Source of the DNA: a bacterium
GTDB taxonomy: Bacteria; UBA8248
Direction of reading: 5' to 3'
Assembly: GCA_963692865.2 (NCBI GenBank)
Contig: OY843592.1
Coordinates: forward strand, 1,600,001-1,664,000
Length of the DNA: 64,000 nucleotides
In this document: in pieces, positions 31,543 to 40,414 of the stretch
Position numbering within the stretch: position 1 is the stretch's first letter
Layout: every line of letters starts with the position of its first letter
Position numbers and translations under genes: made by a program
Notes under the pieces: model-generated
The model's input: the letters and a program-made list of their open reading frames with translations, nothing else
What the model was told of the DNA's origin: nothing
Databases searched by the model: none

Positions 31543-31881
31543 CCCCGCAATACCCACCCTCATCCCGAGTAGGCGCGAAGCGCCGTATCGAGGGAGAGGA
31601 CCGGCTCGGTGCAGCCCTTCGATACGCGGCTTCGCCGCTACTCAGGGTGAGGGTTTGGGGTGTGGGGTTGTTGAAACAGTCTACCTCCGAGGAGGGAAAG
31701 AATCCCGATCATCGAATTGTTTACCGTAGGGACAGGCCTCCGTGCCTGTCCTGATGGAGGCCTTCGCCCCGATAAGGACGTAGGACAGGCACGGAGGCCT
31801 GTCCCTACAAAACCATCGCGTCCTCCTACGCCACGTGAACCTCCAGGCCGCCGCTACCGAAACAAGGCTTTTCAACCTCCC
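31529..31881. repeat. Mosaic repeat cluster H
   Basis: Inverted-repeat-end variants at 31529, 31664 and 31866; GTAGGGACAGGC doublet; 31667-31730 matches the reverse complement of about 44452-44518. Confidence 0.8.
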
Positions 31882-31968
31882 GCCCTTGTCGGCGGGGGAG
31901 CGCTCCCCTAATATGCGACTCCCCGCGGGGGTCATCACATTCCGATTCACGACATAAAGGAACCATTC

Positions 31969-33231
31969 ATGGCGGAACCCATTCGCGGCGAAATCGTCGC
32001 CATCGGCACCGAGATGCTGCTCGGCGACCTCATCGACACCAACAGCGCCTTCATCGCGGACCAGCTCAAGTCGGTCGGCGTGAACATGTATTTCAAGACC
32101 ACCGTCGGCGACAATCTCGACCGAATCGCGGGCGTCATCAAACAGGCGCACGACCGCTCCCAGGTGGTCATCACCACGGGCGGCCTCGGCCCCACGGTGG
32201 ACGATCTGACGCGGGAGGCATGCGCCAAGGTGATGGGCGTCGAGCTGGAGTTCCGGCAGGACCTGTATGACTACATCAGCGCCTATTTCAGCCGACGCGG
32301 CTTCCACATGAGCGAGAACAACAGGAAGCAGGCCTTCATCCCCCAAGGGGCCACGCCCATCGAGAACCCGCGCGGCACGGCGCCGTGCTTCATGTGCGAA
32401 GACGAGCGGGGGGTCATCATCGTGAGCCCGGGCGTGCCGCACGAGATGCGCTACATCATCACCCGGTGCGCGGTGCCCATCCTGCAGGAGAAATTCGACC
32501 TGGGCGAGGTCATCCGCACGAAGGTCTTGAAGACGTGCGGCCTCGGCGAATCGCGGGTGGACGAGATGATATCGGACCTCTTCCGCGAGTCCGTCAACCC
32601 GAGCATCGGCGTGCTCGCCCACCCCGGCCAGGTGGACGTGCGGATCACCGCGCGCGCGAAAGACATCGAAGAGGCGAACAACATGATAGCGGGCCTGGAG
32701 GTCAAGGTGCGCGAGATTCTCGGTTCCGCCGTCTACGCCACCGGGAACGCGACGTTGGAAGAGACGCTGGCGCGCGTGCTGGCCCGGAGCGGCAAGACCA
32801 TCTCGATCATCGAGTCGAACACCGGCGGCGCCTTGATCCAGAGGCTGAACGCCTGGCCCGAGCGCGTCCAGTTCTTGAAGCGCGGCGTCGTCGGCCTGCA
32901 CGCGGAGGAGCTCGCGCGCATGTTCGGCGTGGATGGAAGTGATGACCCCGAGAACTTCGCCAGGGCGCTCGCGCGGAGGGTGCGTGAAGAATCGGACGCC
33001 GACTTAGGCCTTGCCGTCTTCGGCCCCAATCCGCCCGAGAACATCGAGCCGGAAAACTCCCGCCGCGCGCCCGCGCTGGGCGACACCCACATGGCGCTCG
33101 ACACGGGCGAAGACGTGTTCACCTTCACGGCGAGCTTCGGGGGCAACGAGCAGTTCGTGCAGTCGCGCGCGCCCATCTACGGGATGGAGCTCGTCCGCCG
33201 CGCGGTGCTGGGCTTGGACCCGCTCACGTGA
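31969..33231 (+). CDS. cinA: CinA-like protein (MoCF domain plus a degenerate PncC domain)
   Basis: IGTE.L.G..DTN, VGD, TGGLGPT.DDLT, PGVP.EM and ES.TGG motifs. Confidence 0.88.
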   Translation: MAEPIRGEIVAIGTEMLLGDLIDTNSAFIADQLKSVGVNMYFKTTVGDNLDRIAGVIKQAHDRSQVVITTGGLGPTVDDLTREACAKVMGVELEFRQDLYDYISAYFSRRGFHMSENNRKQAFIPQGATPIENPRGTAPCFMCEDERGVIIVSPGVPHEMRYIITRCAVPILQEKFDLGEVIRTKVLKTCGLGESRVDEMISDLFRESVNPSIGVLAHPGQVDVRITARAKDIEEANNMIAGLEVKVREILGSAVYATGNATLEETLARVLARSGKTISIIESNTGGALIQRLNAWPERVQFLKRGVVGLHAEELARMFGVDGSDDPENFARALARRVREESDADLGLAVFGPNPPENIEPENSRRAPALGDTHMALDTGEDVFTFTASFGGNEQFVQSRAPIYGMELVRRAVLGLDPLT

Positions 33232-33247
33232 CGCGGGGGGCGGGTCC

Positions 33248-33315
33248 AATTTCTGAAAAATTGGATAAAATTGTATAAATTCACGGGGTTTTTCGACAAA
33301 TTTCCGTAAATTTTC
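33248..33315 (-). repeat. AT-rich element with helically phased AATT tracts, copy 1
   Basis: Reverse complement GAAATTTGTCGAAAAACCCCGTGAATTTATACAATTTTATCCAATTTTTCAGAAATT aligns with 56078-56144. Confidence 0.7.
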
Positions 33316-33319
33316 GAGG

Positions 33320-33371
33320 GGAAATGCGGGGAATTGCGCGTGTGGGATGCGCGCAAATGCGGGCAAATGCG
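33320..33371. repeat. Two copies of the GCAAATGCGG-GCAAATGCG direct-repeat motif
   Basis: GGAAATGCGGGGAATTGCG at 33320 and GCAAATGCGGGCAAATGCG at 33353. Confidence 0.65.
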
Positions 33372-33465
33372 CGCGCAAAGCCGGCGGGATATGTGATCCC
33401 TCCCGAACGATGCGCCTCCCGGTCCTCTCCTCGATGCAGGCGTTCACCAGCCGGCTCCCTTTCGC

Positions 33466-35139
33466 CTAGGCCCGCCCGTAACGGCGGCGGCGCCTGTTGA
33501 TGCCCTCCAGCTTGCGCGAGAGCTTCTCGAGCGTGCGGTCGTCGCTCAGGTTCCCTTCGATGTGGATATGGTAGACGTGCGAGCCGCTTCCGCCCATCTC
33601 TTCCCGTATCGCGTCGCGTATGATGGGCCGCACGCCGCGCTGGAAGAAGTCGATGGATTGGGGGTGGTTCACGTTCATGATGTGCTCGGGCCCCGCCTCG
33701 CCCACGAGCCTGAGCGCCGAGCGCTTGACGAAGCGCCCCGCCGCGTCGCCCTCGAAGACGGGGAGCGCTTTCAAATAGGCGTCGTAAAGCTCCGCGCCGA
33801 AATACCGCCGCACGCCTTTCTGGGGCGAGATGCCCGCCTTGCCGGCCGCCCGCTGGATGAGCTGAAAGGTCAGGCCCGCCTTTTCCATCAATGGAGGATC
33901 CACGCTCATCCGGCCTTCGTAGACCGCCTTGGGAAACGAGAGAAGCCGCGCTTCTTCCGCCACGCCGGTCTTGCGGAATTTATCCAGCGCGATGTACAGC
34001 CCGGCCGCCTGCGCGAGATTCGCTATTCCCATGGTGAAGGGCGTGGATCTTTTTCTGAAGCCCTTGAAGCCGAGGAAGGAGAGCACCTGCTTGATGGCCC
34101 CGCCCTTGTTGAACAGGACGTCGGTGAGCAGAAAAGCGCCCGCAGCCGGCCCGAAGGCGGCGAGCCCCGTGGCGCCCGCGAGCGCGGGGAGGGCACCCGC
34201 GACGTTGATGGCCAGGTTCGCCCCCGTCTTCAGGGTTTTCGGGCCGCTCAGGAAGTCCAGCGCCGAAAAAGCGACCCGCAAGGTCGCCGCCGCTTTCGTC
34301 GCCGCAATCCGCGCGGCCAGAGCGGCGCTCGCCTTTTCACCCGCGGCGGTGGCGATTGCCGTGCCGCCCAGGCGATTCGCCGCCTCGAGCTCGGAGACGG
34401 ACTGGAAAAGACGCATGAGTCCGGCTTCGCCGCCGATTTTCGCCAGCGGCACCACGAGTTCCGGCCCCGCCTCGCCGATCAGGCCCAGGGTGGGCTTTTT
34501 CACCAGGCCGCCCTTGGAGAAGCCGAACACATTGAGCAGGCCCTTGCCCACATCACCCAGCAGGTTCAGCCCCAAATCCTGGAGCGCGCCCACCGCGGGT
34601 TTGATGAATTGCGTGCTCGCCATCTCGGCGGCCGCGTTGCGCACCATGTCGATGGCGTGGTTTTTGAGGTCGCTGAACAGATCCTTGGCGCTTGCGATTT
34701 CGCCGGTGAGGACGCCCGAGAAGAACCGGGTGAGCGTTTGCTCGCTCGCCGAGGCGAAGTCGTTCACTGCCCTTCCGGCGATCCGAAAAGAGGCGGGCAA
34801 GTCCGCGGCTTTCCTTTTGACTTCGCCCAGGCCTCTCGCGAGCGGGCCGGAGCCGAGTCGGGAGCCTGCGCGTTCCGCATTCCTCCACAGGGTGTTCATA
34901 CCCTCGGCGGCGCGCATGGACGAGACGCCGACTCCTTCGAGTCTGTCTGCGGATTGAACGAAGGCGCGGCTCGACTTTTCGAGCGCGCTGCGGGAGCCGA
35001 GGGTTTGCGCCTGGAGTTTTTCCGTGGCGATTCTCGCCCGGCCCGCCGCCTTGGCGAATCGATCGAGCGTCTTGAGGCTGTTCCCGGAGTTCAGGTCTAT
35101 TTTCTTTATCACCGATATCTTGTGGACTTGCTCCGGCAT
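33466..35139 (-). CDS. Phage tail tape-measure-like protein (short, 557 aa)
   Basis: Ala/Gly-rich helical composition; FSKGGLV..PT..LIGEAGPELVVPL and a second VGEAGPE motif typical of tape-measure C-termini. Confidence 0.7.
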   Translation of the reverse strand: MPEQVHKISVIKKIDLNSGNSLKTLDRFAKAAGRARIATEKLQAQTLGSRSALEKSSRAFVQSADRLEGVGVSSMRAAEGMNTLWRNAERAGSRLGSGPLARGLGEVKRKAADLPASFRIAGRAVNDFASASEQTLTRFFSGVLTGEIASAKDLFSDLKNHAIDMVRNAAAEMASTQFIKPAVGALQDLGLNLLGDVGKGLLNVFGFSKGGLVKKPTLGLIGEAGPELVVPLAKIGGEAGLMRLFQSVSELEAANRLGGTAIATAAGEKASAALAARIAATKAAATLRVAFSALDFLSGPKTLKTGANLAINVAGALPALAGATGLAAFGPAAGAFLLTDVLFNKGGAIKQVLSFLGFKGFRKRSTPFTMGIANLAQAAGLYIALDKFRKTGVAEEARLLSFPKAVYEGRMSVDPPLMEKAGLTFQLIQRAAGKAGISPQKGVRRYFGAELYDAYLKALPVFEGDAAGRFVKRSALRLVGEAGPEHIMNVNHPQSIDFFQRGVRPIIRDAIREEMGGSGSHVYHIHIEGNLSDDRTLEKLSRKLEGINRRRRRYGRA

Positions 35140-35232
35140 GGAGTCCCTCACTTATGAACGAGGTGTTGAATGAGATGCGCGAGAGAAGGCGCATCCCCGC
35201 TGCCCGCCGCTTCCATTGGCGGGGAGAGGCCC

Positions 35233-35284
35233 AGTGTATCGGCGGCGGGAGAAGGCCGGGGTACGGCAAATGCGGGCAGTTGCG
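35233..35284 (-). promoter_or_regulatory. Putative activator-dependent promoter of the tape-measure-like gene
   Basis: Direct repeat at 35266-35284, then 27 nt, then TACACT (35233-35238, minus strand). Confidence 0.5.
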
Positions 35285-35336
35285 GGGTTTTGCGGGAGGG
35301 GTTCGGCAAAGTGGCGCGCGCCCCCGATTGTCCGCC

Positions 35337-35459
35337 CTAGTCCGCCCAGGGGTTGATGAAGTGCCACAGGTGGTTCGTGATGAGGCGCGGCTCGAAGGCC
35401 GCGACGACGCACAAGACGGCGGCTGCCGAGAAGAGCGCCGCGAGAAGGCGGGGAATCAT
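35337..35459 (-). CDS. Small 40-aa hydrophobic protein (absent from the ORF track)
   Basis: MIPRLLAALFSAAAVLCVVAAFEPRLITNHLWHFINPWAD*; ATGA overlap with the upstream gene stop. Confidence 0.55.
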   Translation of the reverse strand: MIPRLLAALFSAAAVLCVVAAFEPRLITNHLWHFINPWAD

Positions 35460-35839
35460 GGTTGACGCTCCTTGTTCAGGCGCTCGCCGAGTCTGGCGAG
35501 CGCGATTTCGACCGCGCGCAGGCGGCGCAGGATTTGCGCGAAGGCTTGCGCGTCCTCGCGCGTTTTTTTCACCGAGATCGCTTTCAGCTCACGGAATTCG
35601 AGGTCGGCAATCGTCTTCGCCTCGCGGAGTCGCGTCTCCACTTCCCGGAAGCGGACGCGCGCGCCCGCGTTTTTCTCCAAAAGCCAGGAGTGGCCCCGCT
35701 CGCTCATGTGGGCCGCCAGACGCGCCTCCACGTTCACGATCTGGTTGTAGAGCGGGGTGTAGGCGGCCACCCCGAGGCCGGCGATGCTCAGGATGGACAG
35801 GAAAATCTGGAGTCCTTTGCCGTTTCCCTCCGAAGCCAT
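35456..35839 (-). CDS. Phage-associated membrane-anchored coiled-coil protein
   Basis: MASEGNGK start overlapping the previous stop; one N-terminal hydrophobic segment followed by a helical region. Confidence 0.65.
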   Translation of the reverse strand: MASEGNGKGLQIFLSILSIAGLGVAAYTPLYNQIVNVEARLAAHMSERGHSWLLEKNAGARVRFREVETRLREAKTIADLEFRELKAISVKKTREDAQAFAQILRRLRAVEIALARLGERLNKERQP

Positions 35840-36534
35840 CAGCGCACCGCCTCGAAAGAGGCGGCGGCCTTCGCGAGTTTCGCATCCAGAGCCGCCACGC
35901 TCGCGGTGACGCTCGCATCCTGGGTGTCGCGTACGTACTCGTCGTAGATTTTTACGAGGGAGCCGAGCTTGCCGAGGAGCGCCGTTCTCCGGCTCGTCCA
36001 CTCATCCACCACGCTTTGGCCCGTCGCGTAGCGCGCCGGATAGGCGTCTTTTCTGTTTTTGATGAGCGAGAACCCCGGCTTGGCGAGCTTGTTCTCGTCG
36101 GAATCCTGCGCCCAGGCGTCGGCGAGTTTGGCCTTTTCCCCGTATTCGGCCAGTTTGCCGCCCAGAGCGCTCGTCGGCACGCCGACGACGCGCGCCTTGG
36201 CGCCGTTGAGCAGCAGATTGAGTTTCTCTTTCGCCTCGTCGCGGTGGATTTGCGCCACGCCGTCGGGCGCGTGCGCCGCATGAGCGGCGAGAACGGCGTC
36301 TCGCTGCGCACGGGTGCTCGAATCCGCCACGTGAATGACCCAAGTGTCAACCCCGGGGCCGTGGATTTCGGGGCGGGCGGATTCCGTCTCGCCGCGCCCG
36401 GGCCGCCAGTCGCCGTCAGGCGTCATGGCCGGTTTCAGCCGGTGCGCGCTGCCCAGGTAGATATCCGCGAGTCCGGCGGTTTCGAGTTCATCCCGAAAAT
36501 GCGGGCCGACCGCTTTTGTCACTTCGATTTCCAT
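35839..36534 (-). CDS. Phage hypothetical protein, possible tail-fibre assembly chaperone
   Basis: RBS GGAGG; follows the fibre-like gene; Ala-rich helical C-terminal half. Confidence 0.55.
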   Translation of the reverse strand: MEIEVTKAVGPHFRDELETAGLADIYLGSAHRLKPAMTPDGDWRPGRGETESARPEIHGPGVDTWVIHVADSSTRAQRDAVLAAHAAHAPDGVAQIHRDEAKEKLNLLLNGAKARVVGVPTSALGGKLAEYGEKAKLADAWAQDSDENKLAKPGFSLIKNRKDAYPARYATGQSVVDEWTSRRTALLGKLGSLVKIYDEYVRDTQDASVTASVAALDAKLAKAAASFEAVR

Positions 36535-36543
36535 GTTTGCCTC

Positions 36544-37485
36544 CTAAATCAAAACGACGCTTTGGAAGAGATAATCGCCGATGTTCAGGATGGTCGAACC
36601 CGCCACGCGAAAGACGAGCGTGGAGTGGACCTCGGCGAGCGCCCCTGTGTATATTCGCGTGTTCGCAATGGCGAAGTTGTCTTTCTCGTCGTTCGAGAGG
36701 CGGATGATTTCGACTTCCGGGTAGGCTTGTCCCGTCCCGTTGTACAACCCGAGATTCATATCCAGACCAACGAAGCCCGCGATGCTCGTCGAATTGACCC
36801 AGCCCTGTCCGCCCGCTTCCTGGCGGATGACGTCATGGCCCGGCCACATCAGGATTTCGTGCGTGGCGACGGAGGCCCATTTGGTGGACAGGGTGGTGGC
36901 GAGCGTTCCCTTGGCCTGGGCGGCGTATTCCGCCTTGTTCCAGAAACTTCTGACGTACACGTCGTTCGCGAGAACGAATTGCGACGAGGCGTCCGTTCTC
37001 GCGACCCCGACGAGGGTGCGGCTCTTGTCGTCCGTTTTGTGCGCCAGCCCCGTGGCGGCGTCGAACGCCCAGCTTCCCGTCCCGTCGAATTCGAGCTTGA
37101 GCGAGCCCCCGTCATCGTAGACGAAGACCGCATAGGAGCGGTTCGCCGCAAGGTCCGCGTTCGTTATCGTGATTCCCGCCCAGGGCAAATCCTCGTAGTA
37201 GACGTCTCCCGACGTTTCATCGATGAAGGGCACATGGCGGCCCGCTACGGGATTGACGACGGCGGGATAGTAGGCCGAACCCAGCGTCGGCCTGAACGCC
37301 AGGGTGGTGGCGTTCACGTAGTCGAGTCTGCCCGCGCATTGGATGGGTTGTCCGTTGGCCCTGATTTTTCCGTCCGGGAACAGCGCGGCGAGGGCCAGAC
37401 GGTCGATGACGCGGGCTTTCGTGGGGTGATGGCCGCCGATGGCTTCCTCGGTGTAGCGGGCGGACAGATCGGCTCCGATGGGCAT
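36544..37485 (-). CDS. Putative tail fibre or receptor-binding protein (313 aa)
   Basis: Start MPIGADL after AAGGAG; beta-rich Thr/Gly/Tyr composition; SRTLVGVART and VRSFWN segments resemble phage fibre domains. Confidence 0.55.
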   Translation of the reverse strand: MPIGADLSARYTEEAIGGHHPTKARVIDRLALAALFPDGKIRANGQPIQCAGRLDYVNATTLAFRPTLGSAYYPAVVNPVAGRHVPFIDETSGDVYYEDLPWAGITITNADLAANRSYAVFVYDDGGSLKLEFDGTGSWAFDAATGLAHKTDDKSRTLVGVARTDASSQFVLANDVYVRSFWNKAEYAAQAKGTLATTLSTKWASVATHEILMWPGHDVIRQEAGGQGWVNSTSIAGFVGLDMNLGLYNGTGQAYPEVEIIRLSNDEKDNFAIANTRIYTGALAEVHSTLVFRVAGSTILNIGDYLFQSVVLI

Positions 37486-37496
37486 CGTTTTCTCCT

Positions 37497-38708
37497 TCAG
37501 GCGTAGGTGGCGGCGTCGCGCTCGGCGCCCAGGAGCCAGCCGCCTTCGAGTGTTTTTGTCCCGTCCAGAAGAGGGGAGGACGTCAGGAAAAAGCCGGTGT
37601 CTCGAATTTTGAGTTCCATGCCCTGTTCGCCCAGGTCGTAGTTCACCTCGATCACCTCTCCGATTTGATTCAAGAGGGGTTCGAGTTTCTCCGAACGCAT
37701 CCAGAGCACGCTGAACGCCACGTAGTCGTCCGGTTCGACTTCGAGCGCTCTCAGGGAGCCGTCCTCGATGGTGATCATGCGGGTCGGCTCGTGATAGCGC
37801 GCCACGATGCGCGATTGAACCGTGGCGGCCACGCTCTCGCGCCGGACCCATTTGAGCCTGAGCGGGCTTTGAAGGGGTCTTCTGACGCCATAGAGCCTTT
37901 GGGAGGACGTGTTTTGAGTGGCGCTCCCATCGTCGTGTTTGATGTAGCGCGCGCCCAGATAATCCCTGGCATAGAGCGCCGGAGCCTGATTGATGATGGT
38001 GTCGCGCGCCACCTCCGCCTCGATGCGCGACTGGCCGAAGCGGGGCAAGACCTTTCGGGGTGAAACGGCGGAAGATTCGCCTCCGGCGATGTGGATTTTC
38101 AGGCGGCCGAACGGGTCGATTTCGTATCGCCCGAGGAAATCGCCCAGAAGCGCGGTGAGGACGTCGGCGGGCGCATGGTCGTCCAGAATGATCCCGCCCG
38201 CCCGGTAGCCGAGCGCATTCGCGCCGGCCGCCGCGCGCGCGAGGGCCTGCATGTCGATATCCTGCTCGCTGAACCCCCAGACGCTCGTCATGAGGTACTG
38301 AACGACCTCGGCGGGATTTTCGATGAGCGCGCCCGCCGCGCTCTTCCTGCCCTTGCATACGGCGGTCACGCGCCCCTTCGGCGGGGTGGTGAAAGCGGCG
38401 GTGGCGATGACGCCCCTGCCTTGATGGTTCCGTGCGAGTTCGAGCGTGTAGCCCTCCGGCTCGATGCGGCCGCTGTCGTCGAACAGGGTGACGCCGCCCG
38501 CGATCTCGTGCGCGGCCACGCAGTAGACGCCGCCGTCCGCGGCGTCGATTTTCGGCGGCGCGTAGACGCCTGTTTTCTCGCGCGGAGGGGTGGTCAGGTC
38601 CCCATAGATGATGGGGAGGCTCTGGTCTTCGAATTCAGGGGCGGCGTACCTGGAAGCGCGCCCTATCTGAAACGAATCCGACAGCCGGTCCGTCGTCGGG
38701 TCGGCCAT
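37497..38708 (-). CDS. Putative phage tail-tip or baseplate hub protein
   Basis: LPIIYGD and LIENPA motifs typical of tail-tip proteins; tightly coupled to its neighbours. Confidence 0.6.
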   Translation of the reverse strand: MADPTTDRLSDSFQIGRASRYAAPEFEDQSLPIIYGDLTTPPREKTGVYAPPKIDAADGGVYCVAAHEIAGGVTLFDDSGRIEPEGYTLELARNHQGRGVIATAAFTTPPKGRVTAVCKGRKSAAGALIENPAEVVQYLMTSVWGFSEQDIDMQALARAAAGANALGYRAGGIILDDHAPADVLTALLGDFLGRYEIDPFGRLKIHIAGGESSAVSPRKVLPRFGQSRIEAEVARDTIINQAPALYARDYLGARYIKHDDGSATQNTSSQRLYGVRRPLQSPLRLKWVRRESVAATVQSRIVARYHEPTRMITIEDGSLRALEVEPDDYVAFSVLWMRSEKLEPLLNQIGEVIEVNYDLGEQGMELKIRDTGFFLTSSPLLDGTKTLEGGWLLGAERDAATYA

Positions 38709-39242
38709 TCAGTTTCCCTCGCATTCAATCGTGACCGAGTCGATGCGCTCGATGATCCGGCGGATGGTGAAACTCCCGACAGAGAGAACGTCGGATATGT
38801 TTTGTCCCGAAAACCCGACGCGCACGTCGACCCTCCCGCCGATGAGCGGTTCCGTCGAGAGGATGCGGCTCATGCGCGGGTGGCCGTCCAGGTCGGGGGC
38901 GTTGTTGACGGCCATCGTGAGGCCGGAGAGTTCCTTTTCCCTGAATGCCTCGAGAACGGAGATGCCCTGAAACGCGCCCAGCGAGAAGCGGCCGCCGTCT
39001 TCTATCCAGTCATGGACGCCGAGGAGCACCTCCGCTCCCTCTCCGAGGAGGAAGGAGCCGTCGAGGACCCGGGAGCCGTCGAGGAAATGGATTCTTCCGC
39101 CTTGTCCGATCAGGGAACCGGGAACCTGCTTTCCGCAGAACACGCGCATTCCCCCGGCGGTGGAGAGGTGATAGAGGATGAAAGCCGTTTTCGCCTCGTG
39201 TCCGGCGATGTCGGCGACGGCCTGGTCCGTGGCGCGTTTCAT
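38709..39242 (-). CDS. Putative phage minor tail protein
   Basis: Overlapping start and stop with neighbours; LDGSRVLDGS motif. Confidence 0.55.
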   Translation of the reverse strand: MKRATDQAVADIAGHEAKTAFILYHLSTAGGMRVFCGKQVPGSLIGQGGRIHFLDGSRVLDGSFLLGEGAEVLLGVHDWIEDGGRFSLGAFQGISVLEAFREKELSGLTMAVNNAPDLDGHPRMSRILSTEPLIGGRVDVRVGFSGQNISDVLSVGSFTIRRIIERIDSVTIECEGN

Positions 39243-40318
39243 GCGAGTCTTTCCCTGAGCTCAAGCTCGAAGGAGAAATCATCCGGTCCCGTCTGGCGAG
39301 GCGAAAAGCCGCCCGCGAAATGGGCGAGAATGACCGAATCGGGGTCGTCCACGTCCAGATGAACGAAGAACGGCTTGGCCCGTCCTGCTTCGACGTCCTG
39401 CACCGTCCGGTACATGGTGAGAAATTGCTCGCGCTGTTCGTTCGATATGCGCTCATAGGGGAGGGTGGCCGCGCGGCCGCGATTCAGGAGCACCGGACGC
39501 TCCGCCATGTTTTCCGTGCGCCCCGCCTCCTCGAAGGATTCCTCCCCCACCACGCTTCCGAACCAGAAATGATCGTCGGGTTCAAAAAAGCCGCCCAGGT
39601 AGATTTCCGAGACTTCCAGATGCGCGTCATGCCCGGCGGGGCCGCCTTCGGCCACAAGACGCCAGTGGCGATACGAGCGCGGCGCGGCGGCGAGGTAGTG
39701 GATGAGGATGGCGCTGCGCCAGGTGAGCCTTTCATCGAGCGCGGGCGCGCGCCAGTCCGCGGATGCGTTCGCCTGAATCCTGAGCCTCGCGCCGCGCGGG
39801 AAATTGTGGAGATGGGCGATGAATACGTCGGGAGAGACCCGCGCGCCGAAATCGAGGGCGAGCGCCCAGGGATCTCCCGGCGGAGAAGCGCTTCTCATCC
39901 GCGTGGCGGGGTCGAGATCGTAAATTCTCTTTGGCGAGTGAAAGCGATTCGCCGTCGCCTGCCAATGATCTCCCAAAGCGAAAGCGGGTGAGTGCGGTCC
40001 ATTCACGAAACGGACCTTCACGCCTGAATCGAGGGCGACGTCCCTCAGTGCGGTGGGGATGTTCGAGGCTTCCCAGGCGCCTGCGGGAGTGGAGGTTTTG
40101 CGCCACTTGAAACGGGCGCTTCCGACGTCGCCCGGGGCGTCGATTTCCACGTAATAGACTTGCCCGTCGTCTCCGTCGTAGGCGCCGGAGAATATCATCG
40201 AGCCGCCCGCGCCCGCGACGCGGGGCACGCCCGCGCCGACATATCCCGTTTTGACGGAAGTGGCGGTGATGACCGTCTCGTCATCGATGAAGTTTCGATA
40301 CATGAAGCGATGTCCCAT
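39239..40318 (-). CDS. Putative distal-tail (Dit-like) phage protein with a beta-sandwich insert
   Basis: First gene of the cluster; Trp-rich beta region (LALDFG, RHWRL, LEVSEIYLG); ATG 40318 after GGAG. Confidence 0.55.
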   Translation of the reverse strand: MGHRFMYRNFIDDETVITATSVKTGYVGAGVPRVAGAGGSMIFSGAYDGDDGQVYYVEIDAPGDVGSARFKWRKTSTPAGAWEASNIPTALRDVALDSGVKVRFVNGPHSPAFALGDHWQATANRFHSPKRIYDLDPATRMRSASPPGDPWALALDFGARVSPDVFIAHLHNFPRGARLRIQANASADWRAPALDERLTWRSAILIHYLAAAPRSYRHWRLVAEGGPAGHDAHLEVSEIYLGGFFEPDDHFWFGSVVGEESFEEAGRTENMAERPVLLNRGRAATLPYERISNEQREQFLTMYRTVQDVEAGRAKPFFVHLDVDDPDSVILAHFAGGFSPRQTGPDDFSFELELRERLA

Positions 40319-40414
40319 TCCGATCTCCCGGGCGGGGAGTTCCACGTCGGGAAAACCCCTGGCTCCCGCCTTGTTTCGGCATCACTCCGGCGCAGGAGGG
40401 CGCCGGGGTCACCG

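Noticed and set aside
37486-38358. 604-aa version of the fibre-like gene, or a programmed frameshift fusion
   Set aside because: The upstream part overlaps the 403-aa gene and is Arg-rich noise; a good RBS precedes ATG 37485 and no slippery site was seen.
33466-40318. Complete prophage or diversity-generating retroelement
   Set aside because: No integrase, head, packaging or replication genes, no reverse transcriptase and no template/variable repeat pair were seen.
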